Of a DNA stretch of 64,000 bases, positions 27,675 through 37,572 are shown piece by piece. The stretch comes from Halobacteriales archaeon (GTDB taxonomy: Archaea; Halobacteriota; Halobacteria; Halobacteriales; SKSH01): NCBI GenBank assembly GCA_046543335.1, contig JBKGZP010000003.1:6472-70471 (forward strand). The letters are read 5' to 3'. The notes beneath the pieces are model-generated. The model did no database searches. It saw nothing but the letters and a program-made list of their open reading frames with translations, and was not told the origin of the DNA. Made by a program: the position numbers and the translations under genes. Positions within the stretch are counted from its first letter, which is position 1. Each line of letters begins with the position of its first letter.

Positions 27675-28418
27675 CTACCGCCGCACGACCGGCAGCGCGA
27701 CGACGCCCACCACGAAGGCGCCCACCGCCACGGCCGCGAGGACGACCAGCTCGACGAGGCCGGGCTGCCCGCCGGCGAGCGCCGCCCGGCACGCCCTGGC
27801 GAAGTGGGTCACTGGCGAGAGGACGAGCACCCCCTCTGCCCAGCCCGGGAGGACCGATGGGGGCAACAGCGTGTCCGACAGGAAGACGAGCGGGAACCCG
27901 ATGGCGTTCGATACCGCGATCGCCCCGTCCTCGGAATCCGACAGACGGCCGATGACGACGCCGACCCCGGCGAAGGTCGTCACCACCGCGAGGCCGAGGG
28001 GGACGAGCCAGGGCGACGGCGCCGCCGTCGCGGACGTGAGCGTCGCGCCGACGAGCAGGACGGCCAGCGCCGGGACGGCGGCGAGGGCGGACACGACGAC
28101 CACCCGGGCGGTCACCCACTCCCACCGACGGAGCGGGGTGGTCGCCCGTTTCTCTAGGCGACCCGCCTCGCGGTCGCGGGGGACCGACCCCGAGAGCCGC
28201 GACATCGGCGCGAACACGAGCATGAGCGCGAGGTAGCCCGGCAGGAAGTACGACGCCTCGGCCCCCAGGAAGCGGCCGTCGCCGGCGCGGATCGCCAGCG
28301 CGAAGGCGACGACCACCAGGACCGGGAAGACCATCGTGAAAAACAGCGCCGTTCGGCGCCTGACGAACGAGCGGTACTCGAGGCGAACCTCCGCACGGAG
28401 GCGGTCGACGCGGCTCAC
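27675..28418 (-). CDS. ABC-2 type transporter permease
   Basis: 247 aa, 6 TM segments. GTG start overlaps the upstream ATPase stop (GTGA). Confidence 0.8.
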   Translation of the reverse strand: MSRVDRLRAEVRLEYRSFVRRRTALFFTMVFPVLVVVAFALAIRAGDGRFLGAEASYFLPGYLALMLVFAPMSRLSGSVPRDREAGRLEKRATTPLRRWEWVTARVVVVSALAAVPALAVLLVGATLTSATAAPSPWLVPLGLAVVTTFAGVGVVIGRLSDSEDGAIAVSNAIGFPLVFLSDTLLPPSVLPGWAEGVLVLSPVTHFARACRAALAGGQPGLVELVVLAAVAVGAFVVGVVALPVVRR

Positions 28419-29305
28419 GGCCGAACGTCACCCCCCTCCAGGTCGAGGAAGAGATCCTCGAGCGGGGGCCGCTCCCACCGCACGCGGTCGATCTCGACGC
28501 CCGCGTCGCGCACCGCCTCGAGCAGCTCGGGGAGTCGGTCGAACTCGACGGCGCGGACGACGAGGTCCCCAGGGCGGACCTCGCCGGTGCCGAGGTGCTC
28601 GCGCAGCCGAGCGGGATCGTCGGTGCGAAGGACGAGTCGACGCCCGCCGAGGCGATCGGCGACGACCGCCTCGGCAGGACCGGCCGTCACCAGCGACCCC
28701 TCGTGGAAGAAGGCGACGCGGTCGGCCAGCTCGCCCGCCTCCGCCATGTCGTGGGTCGTCACGAGGAGCGTCCCCCCGCCGACGAGCTCCGGCAGCGTCG
28801 ACCAGATGGCGCGCTTGCCGGCGGGATCGATCTCCGCGGTTGGCTCGTCCAGGACGAGCAACTCGGGATCGTTCACGAGGGCCAGGGCGAGGCAGGTCCG
28901 TCGGCGCTCGCCACCGGACAGTCGGTGGTACCGCCGGTCGGCGACCGCCTCGAGGCCGAGGTCGTCGAGCAACCGCCCCGGCGGGTGGGCGTCGTCGTAG
29001 AGGCCGGCGGCGTGGCGGAGCAGCTCCCGCGGGGTGAGCCGTTCTGGCGGGTCGTACGCCTGGGGCAAGACGCCGAGGCGCTCGCGGTCGACGGCGCCGG
29101 CGTCGCCACCGAGGACCCGCAGACGGCCGGCCTTCGGGGCGAGGACGCCCGTCACCAGGCGGACGAACGTCGTCTTGCCCGCCCCGTTCGGACCGAGCAA
29201 CGCCGTCGTCGACCCCGCGGGGACCGACAGCGTCACCCCGTCGAGCGCGGTCGTCGCGCCGTAGGCGTAGGCGAGCCCCTCGGCCTCGATCGCCTCGTCG
29301 GCCAT
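28415..29305 (-). CDS. ABC transporter ATP-binding protein (ABC-2 exporter type)
   Basis: Walker A GPNGAGKTT, signature LSGGERRR, Walker B LLVLDEPT. Confidence 0.9.
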   Translation of the reverse strand: MADEAIEAEGLAYAYGATTALDGVTLSVPAGSTTALLGPNGAGKTTFVRLVTGVLAPKAGRLRVLGGDAGAVDRERLGVLPQAYDPPERLTPRELLRHAAGLYDDAHPPGRLLDDLGLEAVADRRYHRLSGGERRRTCLALALVNDPELLVLDEPTAEIDPAGKRAIWSTLPELVGGGTLLVTTHDMAEAGELADRVAFFHEGSLVTAGPAEAVVADRLGGRRLVLRTDDPARLREHLGTGEVRPGDLVVRAVEFDRLPELLEAVRDAGVEIDRVRWERPPLEDLFLDLEGGDVRP

Positions 29306-29353
29306 GACTGGCGGAGATGGCCAGCGGCCGCGCCTAAGCCTTCGGATGCGCCC

Positions 29354-29545
29354 CTACGAGCGACCGCCTCGCAGGGCGTACCAGACGGCCACGAGGGCCA
29401 GCCCGACGCCGGGCAGCAGCGGGAGGGCGACGAGGGCCACCCGGTAGGGCGCCCCGGCTGGCCACAGCCGCATCGCCACGGGCACGAGCACGAGGCCGAC
29501 GACGACCGCCGCGACGATGAACCAGTCGCGGCGGTCGTCGGCCAT
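29354..29545 (-). CDS. Small membrane protein (63 aa, two TM helices), uncharacterised
   Basis: ATG 29545 lies 5 nt after the dehydrogenase stop. MADDRRDWFIVAAVVVGLVLVPVA...LPLLPGVGLALVAVWYAL. It is the 3' part of the 29354..30640 track ORF, whose remainder is an out-of-frame shadow of the dehydrogenase gene. Confidence 0.5.
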   Translation of the reverse strand: MADDRRDWFIVAAVVVGLVLVPVAMRLWPAGAPYRVALVALPLLPGVGLALVAVWYALRGGRS

Positions 29546-29550
29546 CGCGG

Positions 29551-30591
29551 TCACTGCTCGCTGTCGGGGACGACGACGACCTTGCCGACGCCCTCGCGGA
29601 CCTCGAGGAGGCGGTGACCCTCCGCGGTCTCGCTCATGGGCAACTCGGCGCGGATCGCGGGTGCGAGCTCGCCCGACCAGACGAGCTCGAGGACGTCCTC
29701 CGCCTCCCCCGGGGTGGCCATCGTCGAGCCGAGGACGTTCAGGTGGTTCCAGAAGACCCGCCGGACGTTCGTCTCCGGGGTCCCGCCGGTCGTCGCCCCG
29801 CAGGTGACCAGCGTGCCACCGCGCACGAGGCACTTGAGGGAGTCCGCCCAGGTCGCCTCGCCGACGTGGTCGACGACGACGTCGACGCCACGGCCGTCGG
29901 TCGCCTCCCGAATCACGTCCTTGAACGACTCGCGCTCGTAGTCGATGCAGACGTCCGCCCCGAGGTCGGCGACGGCGTCGAGCTTCTCGTCGGAGCCGCC
30001 GGTGGCGTACACCGCCGCACCGGCGTGCTTCGCGATCTGGACGGCCGCGTGGCCGACCCCACCGGTGGCCCCGTGGACGAGGATGTCGTCGCCGGGGCGG
30101 ACCTCGGCGCGGGTGACGAGCATCCGCCACGCGGTCTGGAAGACCAGCGGGGCGGCCGCCGCGGTGGCCCAGTCGACCCCCTCGGGCACGGGCGTGAGGT
30201 TCTCCGCTGGCACGGCCGCGTACTCGGCGTGGACGCCGGGGACGTGCTCGCCGATGACGTGAAAGCGCTCGCACAGCGCCCGGTCGCCCGCCCGGCAGTG
30301 CTCGCACGCGTCGCACCATCGAGCCGCCAGGAGGGCCACCCGGTCGCCGACGTCGAACCGGTCGACGTCGGGGCCGACCTCGGCGACGACGCCGGCGCCG
30401 TCGCTCCCGGGCACGTGGGGCAGCTCGAGGTCGAGGCCCGGGAGGCCGCGACGGACCCAGACGTCGAGGTGGTTGAGCGCGCCGGCTTTGACGTCGACGA
30501 GCACCTCGCCGGGGCCCGGCTCCGGGTCGGGGACGTCGCCGTAGTCGATGACCGCCCGCGAGCCGTGGTCCGTGAAGCGCACCGCCTGCAT
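29551..30591 (-). CDS. Zinc-binding alcohol dehydrogenase / quinone oxidoreductase family (MDR superfamily)
   Basis: ATG 30591 (MQAVRF...). Motifs GSDGAGVV and the structural-Zn Cys cluster CDACEHCRAGDRALC. Nucleotide-binding motif GATGGVG. Confidence 0.88.
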   Translation of the reverse strand: MQAVRFTDHGSRAVIDYGDVPDPEPGPGEVLVDVKAGALNHLDVWVRRGLPGLDLELPHVPGSDGAGVVAEVGPDVDRFDVGDRVALLAARWCDACEHCRAGDRALCERFHVIGEHVPGVHAEYAAVPAENLTPVPEGVDWATAAAAPLVFQTAWRMLVTRAEVRPGDDILVHGATGGVGHAAVQIAKHAGAAVYATGGSDEKLDAVADLGADVCIDYERESFKDVIREATDGRGVDVVVDHVGEATWADSLKCLVRGGTLVTCGATTGGTPETNVRRVFWNHLNVLGSTMATPGEAEDVLELVWSGELAPAIRAELPMSETAEGHRLLEVREGVGKVVVVPDSEQ

Positions 30592-30636
30592 GTCGGTGGG
30601 GACCCGCGCGGCGGGCAAAACGCTTTGGAGACGGGC

Positions 30637-30978
30637 TCAACCGGCCGCGCGGACCCGGTCGACCAGGGCGTCGACGAGCTCTGGGGCCTCGACCAGCGAG
30701 CGGTCGACGGCGAGGTCCGCCTGTGCGCTGGCGAAGTCGGGGAAGCCCTCGTCGCCGTAGAGCACGATGGCGATGTCGGAGTTGCGCTCGCGGGCGACGG
30801 GCACGAGCGTGGCCTGCCCGGCGTCGGTCAGGAGCAACACCCCGGCCGCGTCGACGCCCGCCGCGTCGAGGTCGGCGCCGACGGCGCCCCCGTCGAGGCG
30901 GGCCACCCCGAGACCCGCTGCCTCGAGCGCCGCTACGAGGTCGGCGGGGTCGTCGCCGACGAGGATGACGTCACTCAT
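30637..30978 (-). CDS. Conserved small acidic protein of unknown function (Rossmann/receiver-like beta-alpha pattern)
   Basis: 113 aa. ATG overlaps the 3' end of guaAb by 8 nt. Strand-like segments [15 protein letters not shown] and [10 protein letters not shown]. Codon third positions are strongly G/C, like neighbouring genes. Confidence 0.6.
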   Translation of the reverse strand: MSDVILVGDDPADLVAALEAAGLGVARLDGGAVGADLDAAGVDAAGVLLLTDAGQATLVPVARERNSDIAIVLYGDEGFPDFASAQADLAVDRSLVEAPELVDALVDRVRAAG

Positions 30979-31888
30979 ACTCGATGGTGGCCGGTGGCTT
31001 GTGGGTCACGTCGTACACGACGCGCGCGACCCCGTCGATCTCGCCCGTGATGCGACTTTGCAGGCGCTGCAGCGTCGACCAGCCCAGGTCCATGGCGCGC
31101 GCCGTCATGCCATCGCGGCTCTCGACGGCGCGCACGCCGACGATCCAGCCGTGGACCCGGTTGTCGCCCTTGACGCCCGTGCCCTTCGCCAGGACGGCCG
31201 CGTAGGCCTGCCAGGGGTCGTCCGCCTCGAGCTCGGCCTCGACGATCGCCGTGGCCTCCCGGGCGACGCGCAGCTTCTCCTCGGTCACCTCGCCGACGAC
31301 GCGCACGGCGAGCCCGGGCCCCGGAAACGGCATCCGCTCGGCGACGGCCTGCTGGAGCCCGAGCTCGCGCGCGACCTCGCGGACCTCGTCCTTGTAGAGC
31401 TCGCGGAGGGGCTCGACGATCTCCTCGAACGCGATCCGCTCGGGCAGACCGCCGACGTTGTGGTGGGACTTGATGTTGCCCTCGCTCTCGATGCGGTCCG
31501 GGTAGATGGTCCCCTGCACGAGCACCTCGGCGTCGGTCTCCTCGGCGATCGTCTCGAAGGTGCGGATGAACTGCTCCCCGATGACGAGGCGCTTCGCCTC
31601 GGGGTCGGTCACCCCCTCGAGCGCCTCGAGAAAGGCCTCGCGGGCGTCGACGATCCGCAGGTCGGGCACGTGGGCGAAGGTCTCGCGGACCTGGTCGGTC
31701 TCGTCCTTGCGCATGAGCCCGGTGTCGACGTAGACGGGGGTGAGCTGGTCGCCGATCGCCCGGTGGGCGAGCTCCGCCGACACGGAGGAGTCGACGCCGC
31801 CCGACAGCGCGATCAGCGCCCGACGGTCGCCGACGGCCTCGGCGATCTCGTCGACGGCGGCCTCGACGAAGGCGGCTGCGTCGTCCAT
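30971..31888 (-). CDS. guaAb: GMP synthase, ATP pyrophosphatase subunit (subunit B of the split archaeal enzyme)
   Basis: 305 aa. PP-loop SGGVDSSV and a conserved C-terminus ending in PPATIEYE. Confidence 0.92.
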   Translation of the reverse strand: MDDAAAFVEAAVDEIAEAVGDRRALIALSGGVDSSVSAELAHRAIGDQLTPVYVDTGLMRKDETDQVRETFAHVPDLRIVDAREAFLEALEGVTDPEAKRLVIGEQFIRTFETIAEETDAEVLVQGTIYPDRIESEGNIKSHHNVGGLPERIAFEEIVEPLRELYKDEVREVARELGLQQAVAERMPFPGPGLAVRVVGEVTEEKLRVAREATAIVEAELEADDPWQAYAAVLAKGTGVKGDNRVHGWIVGVRAVESRDGMTARAMDLGWSTLQRLQSRITGEIDGVARVVYDVTHKPPATIEYE

Positions 31889-31892
31889 GGAC

Positions 31893-33542
31893 TCAGACCT
31901 GGACCTCCTCGGCGGTGCGCGCTCGGTTCGTCGCGGCCGCCTCGAGGAAGCGGACGAACGGCGGGCTCGGTCGGCTCGGCCGCGATCGGAACTCGGGGTG
32001 GAACTGCGTGCCGAGGAAAAAGGGGTGGTCGGCCACCTCGAGAATCTCCATGCGCGGGCCGCACCAGCCGGAGAAGGTCAGGCCCGCCTCGGTGAGGTCG
32101 TCGATGTAGTCCGGGTTGACCTCGTAGCGGTGGCGGTGGCGCTCGGTGCAGCTCGTCGCGCCGTAGACCTCGTGCGCGAGCGTGCCGGCCTCGATCTGCG
32201 TCTCGTGGGCGCCCAGGCGCATCGTGCCGCCGAGTTCGTCGATGTCCTGCTGGTCGGGCAGGAGGTCGATCACGGGGTGGGGCGTCTCGGGGTCGACCTC
32301 CGTGGAGTGCGCCCCTCGCAGGTCGAGGACGTTGCGGGCGTACTCCACGACGGCCATCTGGAAGCCGAGGCACAGGCCGAGAAACGGCACGCCCCCGGTG
32401 CGAGCGAACTCGATGGCCTCGATCTTGCCGGTGGTGCCGCGGCCGCCGAAGCCGCCCGGCACGACGATCCCGTCGGCGGCGGCGAGGCGCTCCTCGTGCT
32501 CGGCGGCCATCTCGTCGCTGGCGACCCACCGGACGTCGACGTCGAGGCCGTGCTCGAAGCCGGCGTGCTTGAGCGCCTCGTGGATCGACATGTAGGCGTC
32601 CTCGAGGCCGTACTTGCCGACGAGCGCCACCTCGACGGACCCCTCGACCTCGCGGGTCACCGTCTCCCGCCAGGTGGTGTCTCGACGGTCGGGCGGCAGC
32701 GCGGCCGACTGCAGGCCGAGGTGATCGAGGACGTAGTCGTCGAGGTCCTCGTCCTCGATGACCAGCGGAACGTGGTAGATGTCGTCCACGTCCGGGTTCG
32801 AGAAGACCGCCCGGGTCGGGATGTCGCAAAACAGGGCGATCTTCTCCCGGGTGGCCGCCTGGAGGCGACCCCCGCTGCGGCCGACGACGACGTCCGGCTG
32901 GAGGCCGATCGATCGCAGCTCCTTCACGCTGTGCTGGGTGGGCTTGGTCTTCTGCTCGCCATTTTTCGAGTACGGGACGAGCGTGACGTGCGCGAACAGG
33001 ACGTCCTCGGGGTCCTCCTCGTTCGCGAACTGGCGAAGCGCCTCCAGGTAGGGCATCCCCTCGATGTCGCCGACGGTCCCCCCGACCTCGACGATGCAGA
33101 CGTCCGTGCCGGAGGCGGCCTCGCGGACGCGGCGCTTGATGTCGTCGGTCACGTGCGGGATGATCTGGACGGTCTTGCCGAGGTAGTCCCCCGCGCGCTC
33201 CTTCTCGATGACGTGGCGGTAGACCTTGCCCGTCGTCACGTTGTGGTCGGTCGTCATGTCGACGTCGAGGAAGCGCTCGTAGTTGCCGAGGTCGAGGTCC
33301 ACCTCGGCCCCGTCCTTGAGCACGTAGACCTCGCCGTGTTGGTACGGGTTCATCGTACCGGCGTCGACGTTCAGGTAGGGGTCGATCTTGACCGCGGTCA
33401 CCTCGAAGCCGGCGTTCGTGAGCAGCCGGCCGATGCTCGCGGCGGTGATCCCCTTCCCGAGGCCGGACATGACCCCGCCCGTGACGAAAACGAACTTGTG
33501 GCCCAAGGAGGGGTCGTAGCCGGTCTGGCGCTCGTCGGGCAT
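31893..33542 (-). CDS. pyrG: CTP synthase
   Basis: 549 aa with [15 protein letters not shown], the GATase motif GLCLGFQ, and HRHRYEVN. Confidence 0.95.
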   Translation of the reverse strand: MPDERQTGYDPSLGHKFVFVTGGVMSGLGKGITAASIGRLLTNAGFEVTAVKIDPYLNVDAGTMNPYQHGEVYVLKDGAEVDLDLGNYERFLDVDMTTDHNVTTGKVYRHVIEKERAGDYLGKTVQIIPHVTDDIKRRVREAASGTDVCIVEVGGTVGDIEGMPYLEALRQFANEEDPEDVLFAHVTLVPYSKNGEQKTKPTQHSVKELRSIGLQPDVVVGRSGGRLQAATREKIALFCDIPTRAVFSNPDVDDIYHVPLVIEDEDLDDYVLDHLGLQSAALPPDRRDTTWRETVTREVEGSVEVALVGKYGLEDAYMSIHEALKHAGFEHGLDVDVRWVASDEMAAEHEERLAAADGIVVPGGFGGRGTTGKIEAIEFARTGGVPFLGLCLGFQMAVVEYARNVLDLRGAHSTEVDPETPHPVIDLLPDQQDIDELGGTMRLGAHETQIEAGTLAHEVYGATSCTERHRHRYEVNPDYIDDLTEAGLTFSGWCGPRMEILEVADHPFFLGTQFHPEFRSRPSRPSPPFVRFLEAAATNRARTAEEVQV

Positions 33543-33607
33543 ACCGTGGGTCCTCGGGCACCGGCCAAAACGATTTCGACCGGTCGGACGTTCGACCCTT
33601 CGGCACC

Positions 33608-33616
33608 CTTTTTACA
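33608..33616 (+). promoter_or_regulatory. TATA-box candidate for thrS (leaderless transcript likely)
   Basis: CTTTTTACA is centred about 26 nt upstream of the thrS ATG at 33638. Confidence 0.45.
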
Positions 33617-33637
33617 GGGGGTCGGCTTGCGAGAGGT

Positions 33638-35467
33638 ATGCGCCTGCTGTTCATCCACTCGGACCACCTCGAGTTCTCGGTCACGGAGGAGGTGGGCGAC
33701 CTGGCCGAGACGGAGGGGGTTCCCCTGGAGGGCCGGCTGGAGGACTGCGTGGCCACGTTCATCAGCGTCGAGTCCGACGACGCCGAGGACACCGACGCGG
33801 TCGTCGCCAACGCGGCGGACGAGATCCGCGACGTGACCGGCCAGCTCCAGACCGACCGGGTGGTCCTGTACCCCTACGCGCACCTGAGCGACGACCTCGC
33901 CGACCCGGAGGTGGCCACCCGGGTCATGCGCGACCTCGAGGTCGAGCTCGACGACGAGTTCGAGCTGCTGCGCGCGCCCTTCGGCTGGTACAAGCGCTTC
34001 GAGGTGGCGTGCAAGGGCCACCCGCTGTCGGAGCTCTCGCGCCACGTCGCCGCCCACCGCGAGGCGGCCGAGGTCGAGGCGCCCGCGCCGGCGCCCAGCG
34101 AGTGGCACGTCATGACCCCCGCGGGCGAGCTGCTCGAGCCGTCGGCGGCGAAGGCGGCCGTCGGCGACGACATGCGCGCGTTCCTCGAGGCCGAGGTCGA
34201 GGGTCGCGCCGGCGAGGGCGGCGAGGCGCCCCCGCACGTCGAGCTGATGCGCGAGAAGCAACTCGTGGGCTACGACGAGCTCTCCGACGCGGGGAACCTC
34301 CGCTGGTATCCACGCGGCAAGCTCGTGCGCGACGTGCTCATGGACTACGTGTCGGACCTCGTCGTCGGGTACGGGGGCATGCCCGTCGAGACGCCGATCA
34401 TGTACGACCTCGGCGCCCGGGCGATCGACGAGCACGCCGGCAAGTTCGGCGAGCGCCAGTACCGCTTCGAGTCGGGCGACCGACGGATGATGCTTCGCTT
34501 CGCGGCGTGCTTCGGCCAGTTCTCGATCATGCGCGACATGTACATCGCGGAGAAGGACCTCCCGCTGCGGGTCTACGAGATGTCGACGTACTCATTCAGG
34601 CGCGAGCAACGCGGCGAGCTCGTCGGCCTCAAGCGCCTGCGCGCGTTCACGATGCCGGACATGCACACCGCGACGCGCGACATGGACCAGGCCCGCGAGG
34701 AGCTCCGGAAGCAGGCCGCCCTCGCGCTCTCGACCGGCGACGACCTCGGGCTGAACTACGAGCCCGCGATCCGGATGACCGCGGCGTTCTTCGCGGACAA
34801 CCGCGACTGGGTGGCGGACGTGGTCGCCGAGTTCGGCAAGCCCGCCCTCCTCGAGGTGCTGCCCGAGCGGAACCACTACTGGTCCGCGAAGATCGACTTC
34901 GCCGTCATCGACAGCCTCGGCCGGCCGATGGAGAACCCGACGGTCCAGATCGACGTCGAGAGCGCCGAGCGCTTCGACATCACCTACCACGCCGACGAGG
35001 CCGAGCACCACCCGCCGATCCTCCACTACTCCCCCTCCGGTAGCATCGAGCGCGTCACGGCGGCGCTCCTGGAGACGGCCGCCAAGCAGGACGTCCCCCG
35101 CCTGCCGACGTGGCTGGCGCCGACGCAGCTGCGGTTCATCCCGGTGACCCAGGACCACGCCGCGTTCTGCCTCTCGCTGGCCGACCGCCTCGGCGACGCG
35201 GGCGTCCGCGCGGACGTCGACGACCGCGAGGAGTCCGTCGGCAAGCGCATCGCGCTGGCCGAGACCGACTGGGTACCCTACTACGTGGTCGTCGGCGACC
35301 GAGAGGTCGACGGCGACACCCTCGGGGTAAACGTCCGCGCCGAGGGGCAGGAGGTACACATGACGGTCGACGAGCTCGAGGCGCTCCTGGTCGAGGCGCT
35401 CGAGGGGTTCCCCCACCGACCGCTGTACCTCCCCCGCCGCGTCAGCCGCCACCCCCGGTTCGTTTGA
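33638..35467 (+). CDS. thrS: Threonine--tRNA ligase, archaeal type with N-terminal editing domain
   Basis: 609 aa. N-terminus MRLLFIHSDHLEF (archaeal ThrRS editing domain), a class II core (FRREQRGEL) and an anticodon-binding C-terminus. Confidence 0.93.
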   Translation: MRLLFIHSDHLEFSVTEEVGDLAETEGVPLEGRLEDCVATFISVESDDAEDTDAVVANAADEIRDVTGQLQTDRVVLYPYAHLSDDLADPEVATRVMRDLEVELDDEFELLRAPFGWYKRFEVACKGHPLSELSRHVAAHREAAEVEAPAPAPSEWHVMTPAGELLEPSAAKAAVGDDMRAFLEAEVEGRAGEGGEAPPHVELMREKQLVGYDELSDAGNLRWYPRGKLVRDVLMDYVSDLVVGYGGMPVETPIMYDLGARAIDEHAGKFGERQYRFESGDRRMMLRFAACFGQFSIMRDMYIAEKDLPLRVYEMSTYSFRREQRGELVGLKRLRAFTMPDMHTATRDMDQAREELRKQAALALSTGDDLGLNYEPAIRMTAAFFADNRDWVADVVAEFGKPALLEVLPERNHYWSAKIDFAVIDSLGRPMENPTVQIDVESAERFDITYHADEAEHHPPILHYSPSGSIERVTAALLETAAKQDVPRLPTWLAPTQLRFIPVTQDHAAFCLSLADRLGDAGVRADVDDREESVGKRIALAETDWVPYYVVVGDREVDGDTLGVNVRAEGQEVHMTVDELEALLVEALEGFPHRPLYLPRRVSRHPRFV

Positions 35468-35477
35468 GCGACGCGAC

Positions 35478-36515
35478 CTACGCGGTCCGGACCGCCCCGG
35501 TGCCTGGCGTCGCCGGGTCGAGATCGATCGTGCCGTCGGGACGGACGGGCCCGTCGTAGGGATCCGCCGCCAGGAGCAACGAGCCGTCCAGGTCGGCGTA
35601 GTCGAGCATCGGCGCCAGCTGCGCCGCCGCCGCGATCGAGGCGTTCGTCTCGGTCATGCACCCGAGCATCACCTCGAGGCCGTGCGCCCGCGCGGCGTGG
35701 ACCATCCGACGCGCCTCGACGAGCCCGCCGCACTTCATCAGCTTGAGGTTCGCGATGTCGGCCACCCGAGCCACCCGGGGCACGTCGGCCAGCGACACGC
35801 AGCTCTCGTCGGCCGCGACGGGAATCGGCGACGCGGCGGTGACGGCCGCGAGCGCCTCGGGGTGCTCGGCGGGGACGGGCTGCTCGACGAACTCGACGTC
35901 ACGTCGGGCGAGGTGCTCGGCCATGGCGATGGCCTCCTTCGGGCGCCACGCCTCGTTGGCGTCGACGCGGATGCGCGCCTCCGGCGCGACGGCGCGGACG
36001 GCGTCGATGCGCGCGCGGTCGTCGTCGGTGCCGAGTTTGACCTTCAGGACGCCGTGTCCGCGCTCGAGGGCCGCCTCGGCGTGGTCGGCCATCGCCTCCG
36101 GGTCGTCGATGCCGACGGTGTACGACGTCTCGACTGCCGTCGAGGGGAGGCCCCACAGCCGGTGCAGCGCCAGCCCGGCGCGCGTCGCCGCGAGGTCGTG
36201 CACGGCGATCGAGACGGCCGCGCGCGCCGCGGCGTTGCCCCGGACGCGCTCGCGGAGGGCGTCCTCGATGGCGACGACCGCGGAGGGGTCCTCGAACGCC
36301 TCGAGGACCTCGAACAGCGCCGGCAGGACCGCCTCCACCGTCTCGACCGTCTCGCCGAAGCGCGCCGACGGCGCGGCGGCACCCACGCCCTCCCGTCCCG
36401 CGTCGTCGCGCACGCGCACCACGACGGGCTCGGCCGTCTCGACCGTCCCGCGCGCGATGGTGAACGGTCGCTCGAGGGGGAGCTCGAGGCGCTCGGCCGA
36501 GGCGCTCAGGCCCAT
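35478..36515 (-). CDS. dgcA: Enolase-superfamily dipeptide-epimerase-like racemase (candidate N-acetyl-D-glutamate racemase DgcA)
   Basis: ATG 36515 (MGLSASAERLELPLERPFTIARG). MR/MLE-type metal and base residues (KVKLG, RVDANEAW, VEQP, DES). The N-terminal extension of the track ORF to 36959 is a shadow of the neighbouring gene. Confidence 0.8.
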   Translation of the reverse strand: MGLSASAERLELPLERPFTIARGTVETAEPVVVRVRDDAGREGVGAAAPSARFGETVETVEAVLPALFEVLEAFEDPSAVVAIEDALRERVRGNAAARAAVSIAVHDLAATRAGLALHRLWGLPSTAVETSYTVGIDDPEAMADHAEAALERGHGVLKVKLGTDDDRARIDAVRAVAPEARIRVDANEAWRPKEAIAMAEHLARRDVEFVEQPVPAEHPEALAAVTAASPIPVAADESCVSLADVPRVARVADIANLKLMKCGGLVEARRMVHAARAHGLEVMLGCMTETNASIAAAAQLAPMLDYADLDGSLLLAADPYDGPVRPDGTIDLDPATPGTGAVRTA

Positions 36516-37525
36516 GCCTCGATCGCCTCCGCGAGGTCGTCGGCCCCGTGGCGAACGGGGTCGGCGCAGGCAACCCCGAGGTCGTGCTCGACGCGATCGA
36601 CCGCCGAGCGGGCCTCGGCGTCGCCCAATCCCGACGTGTTGAGCGCGGCGCCGACCAGCGCCGTCGGGGCCACGGGACGGGCCAGGCGCTCGTACAACGC
36701 GGCGACCTCGTTCAGCCCAGGGAGGTCGAAGTCCTCGTAGCCGTGGACGACCTCGCGGCCCGCGACGTGACAGAGGACCAGCCCATCGGGCATCGCCCCG
36801 TGCAGAATCGAGCAGGTCACGCCGGAGTACGCCGGGTGGGTGATGCTCCCCTGGCCCTCGACGACGAGGAGGTCGTGCTCGTCCGCTCGCTGGCGGATCA
36901 TCCGCTCGACGGCACCCGCTGCGAAGTCGCTGATGACCCGGTCGACGGCGATCCCCCACCCCTCGATCAGGATGCCCGTCTGGCCGGTCGGGATGGCACC
37001 GGCGTCGACGCCACGGGCGCGAAGCGCCTCGACGAGTTCCATCGTGGTCGTCATCTTCCCGACGGAGCAGTCGGTCCCCACGGTGAGCACCACGTCGACG
37101 TCGAGGTCTCGCACGATGCCCTCGCTCACGGTGAGGTCGTCCGGCGGCACCCGCACGTCGCGCAGCTCGACGCCGTGTTCCGCGGCGAGCGCGGCGAACG
37201 CCTCGTCCTCCGCGAGGAGGTAATGCAGGCCCGCGATCACGTCGCAGCCCGCCTCGATCGCCGCGCGCACGTCGGGGCGCCAGCTCGGTTCGAAGCCGCC
37301 GCCGATGGGTGCGACGCCGATGACGAGCGCCTCGACCGGCGGCACCTCCTCGAAGGAGGCGACGATGGGGGCGTCTTGGACGTCGTCGAGGTGGTCGCGG
37401 ACGCGACCGCCCGCGGTGCGCCGGTCGACGACGGCCACGACCTCGTGGTCGCTGTAGCGAAGCACCCCCACGGCCGTCTTCGCGCGGTCCGGGAACCGGT
37501 CGTGGGCGAGCAGTGCCACCCGCAT
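36506..37525 (-). CDS. dgcN: DUF1611-family protein (candidate D-glutamate N-acetyltransferase DgcN)
   Basis: ATG 37525 (MRVALLAHDRFPDRAKTAVGVLRY). P-loop-like segment GTDCSVGKMTT. The 3' end overlaps the dgcA start by 10 nt. Confidence 0.75.
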   Translation of the reverse strand: MRVALLAHDRFPDRAKTAVGVLRYSDHEVVAVVDRRTAGGRVRDHLDDVQDAPIVASFEEVPPVEALVIGVAPIGGGFEPSWRPDVRAAIEAGCDVIAGLHYLLAEDEAFAALAAEHGVELRDVRVPPDDLTVSEGIVRDLDVDVVLTVGTDCSVGKMTTTMELVEALRARGVDAGAIPTGQTGILIEGWGIAVDRVISDFAAGAVERMIRQRADEHDLLVVEGQGSITHPAYSGVTCSILHGAMPDGLVLCHVAGREVVHGYEDFDLPGLNEVAALYERLARPVAPTALVGAALNTSGLGDAEARSAVDRVEHDLGVACADPVRHGADDLAEAIEAWA

Positions 37526-37572
37526 GGTGGCCCCGAGCACCCCCGGTCTCAAGAAGGTACCACCCCCGGCGC

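Noticed and set aside
36516-36959. 148-aa N-terminal extension of the enolase-superfamily ORF (track 35478..36959).
   Set aside because: It overlaps the 3' part of the DUF1611 gene in another frame and is Arg/Gly/Pro-rich. The homology-like sequence starts at ATG 36515.
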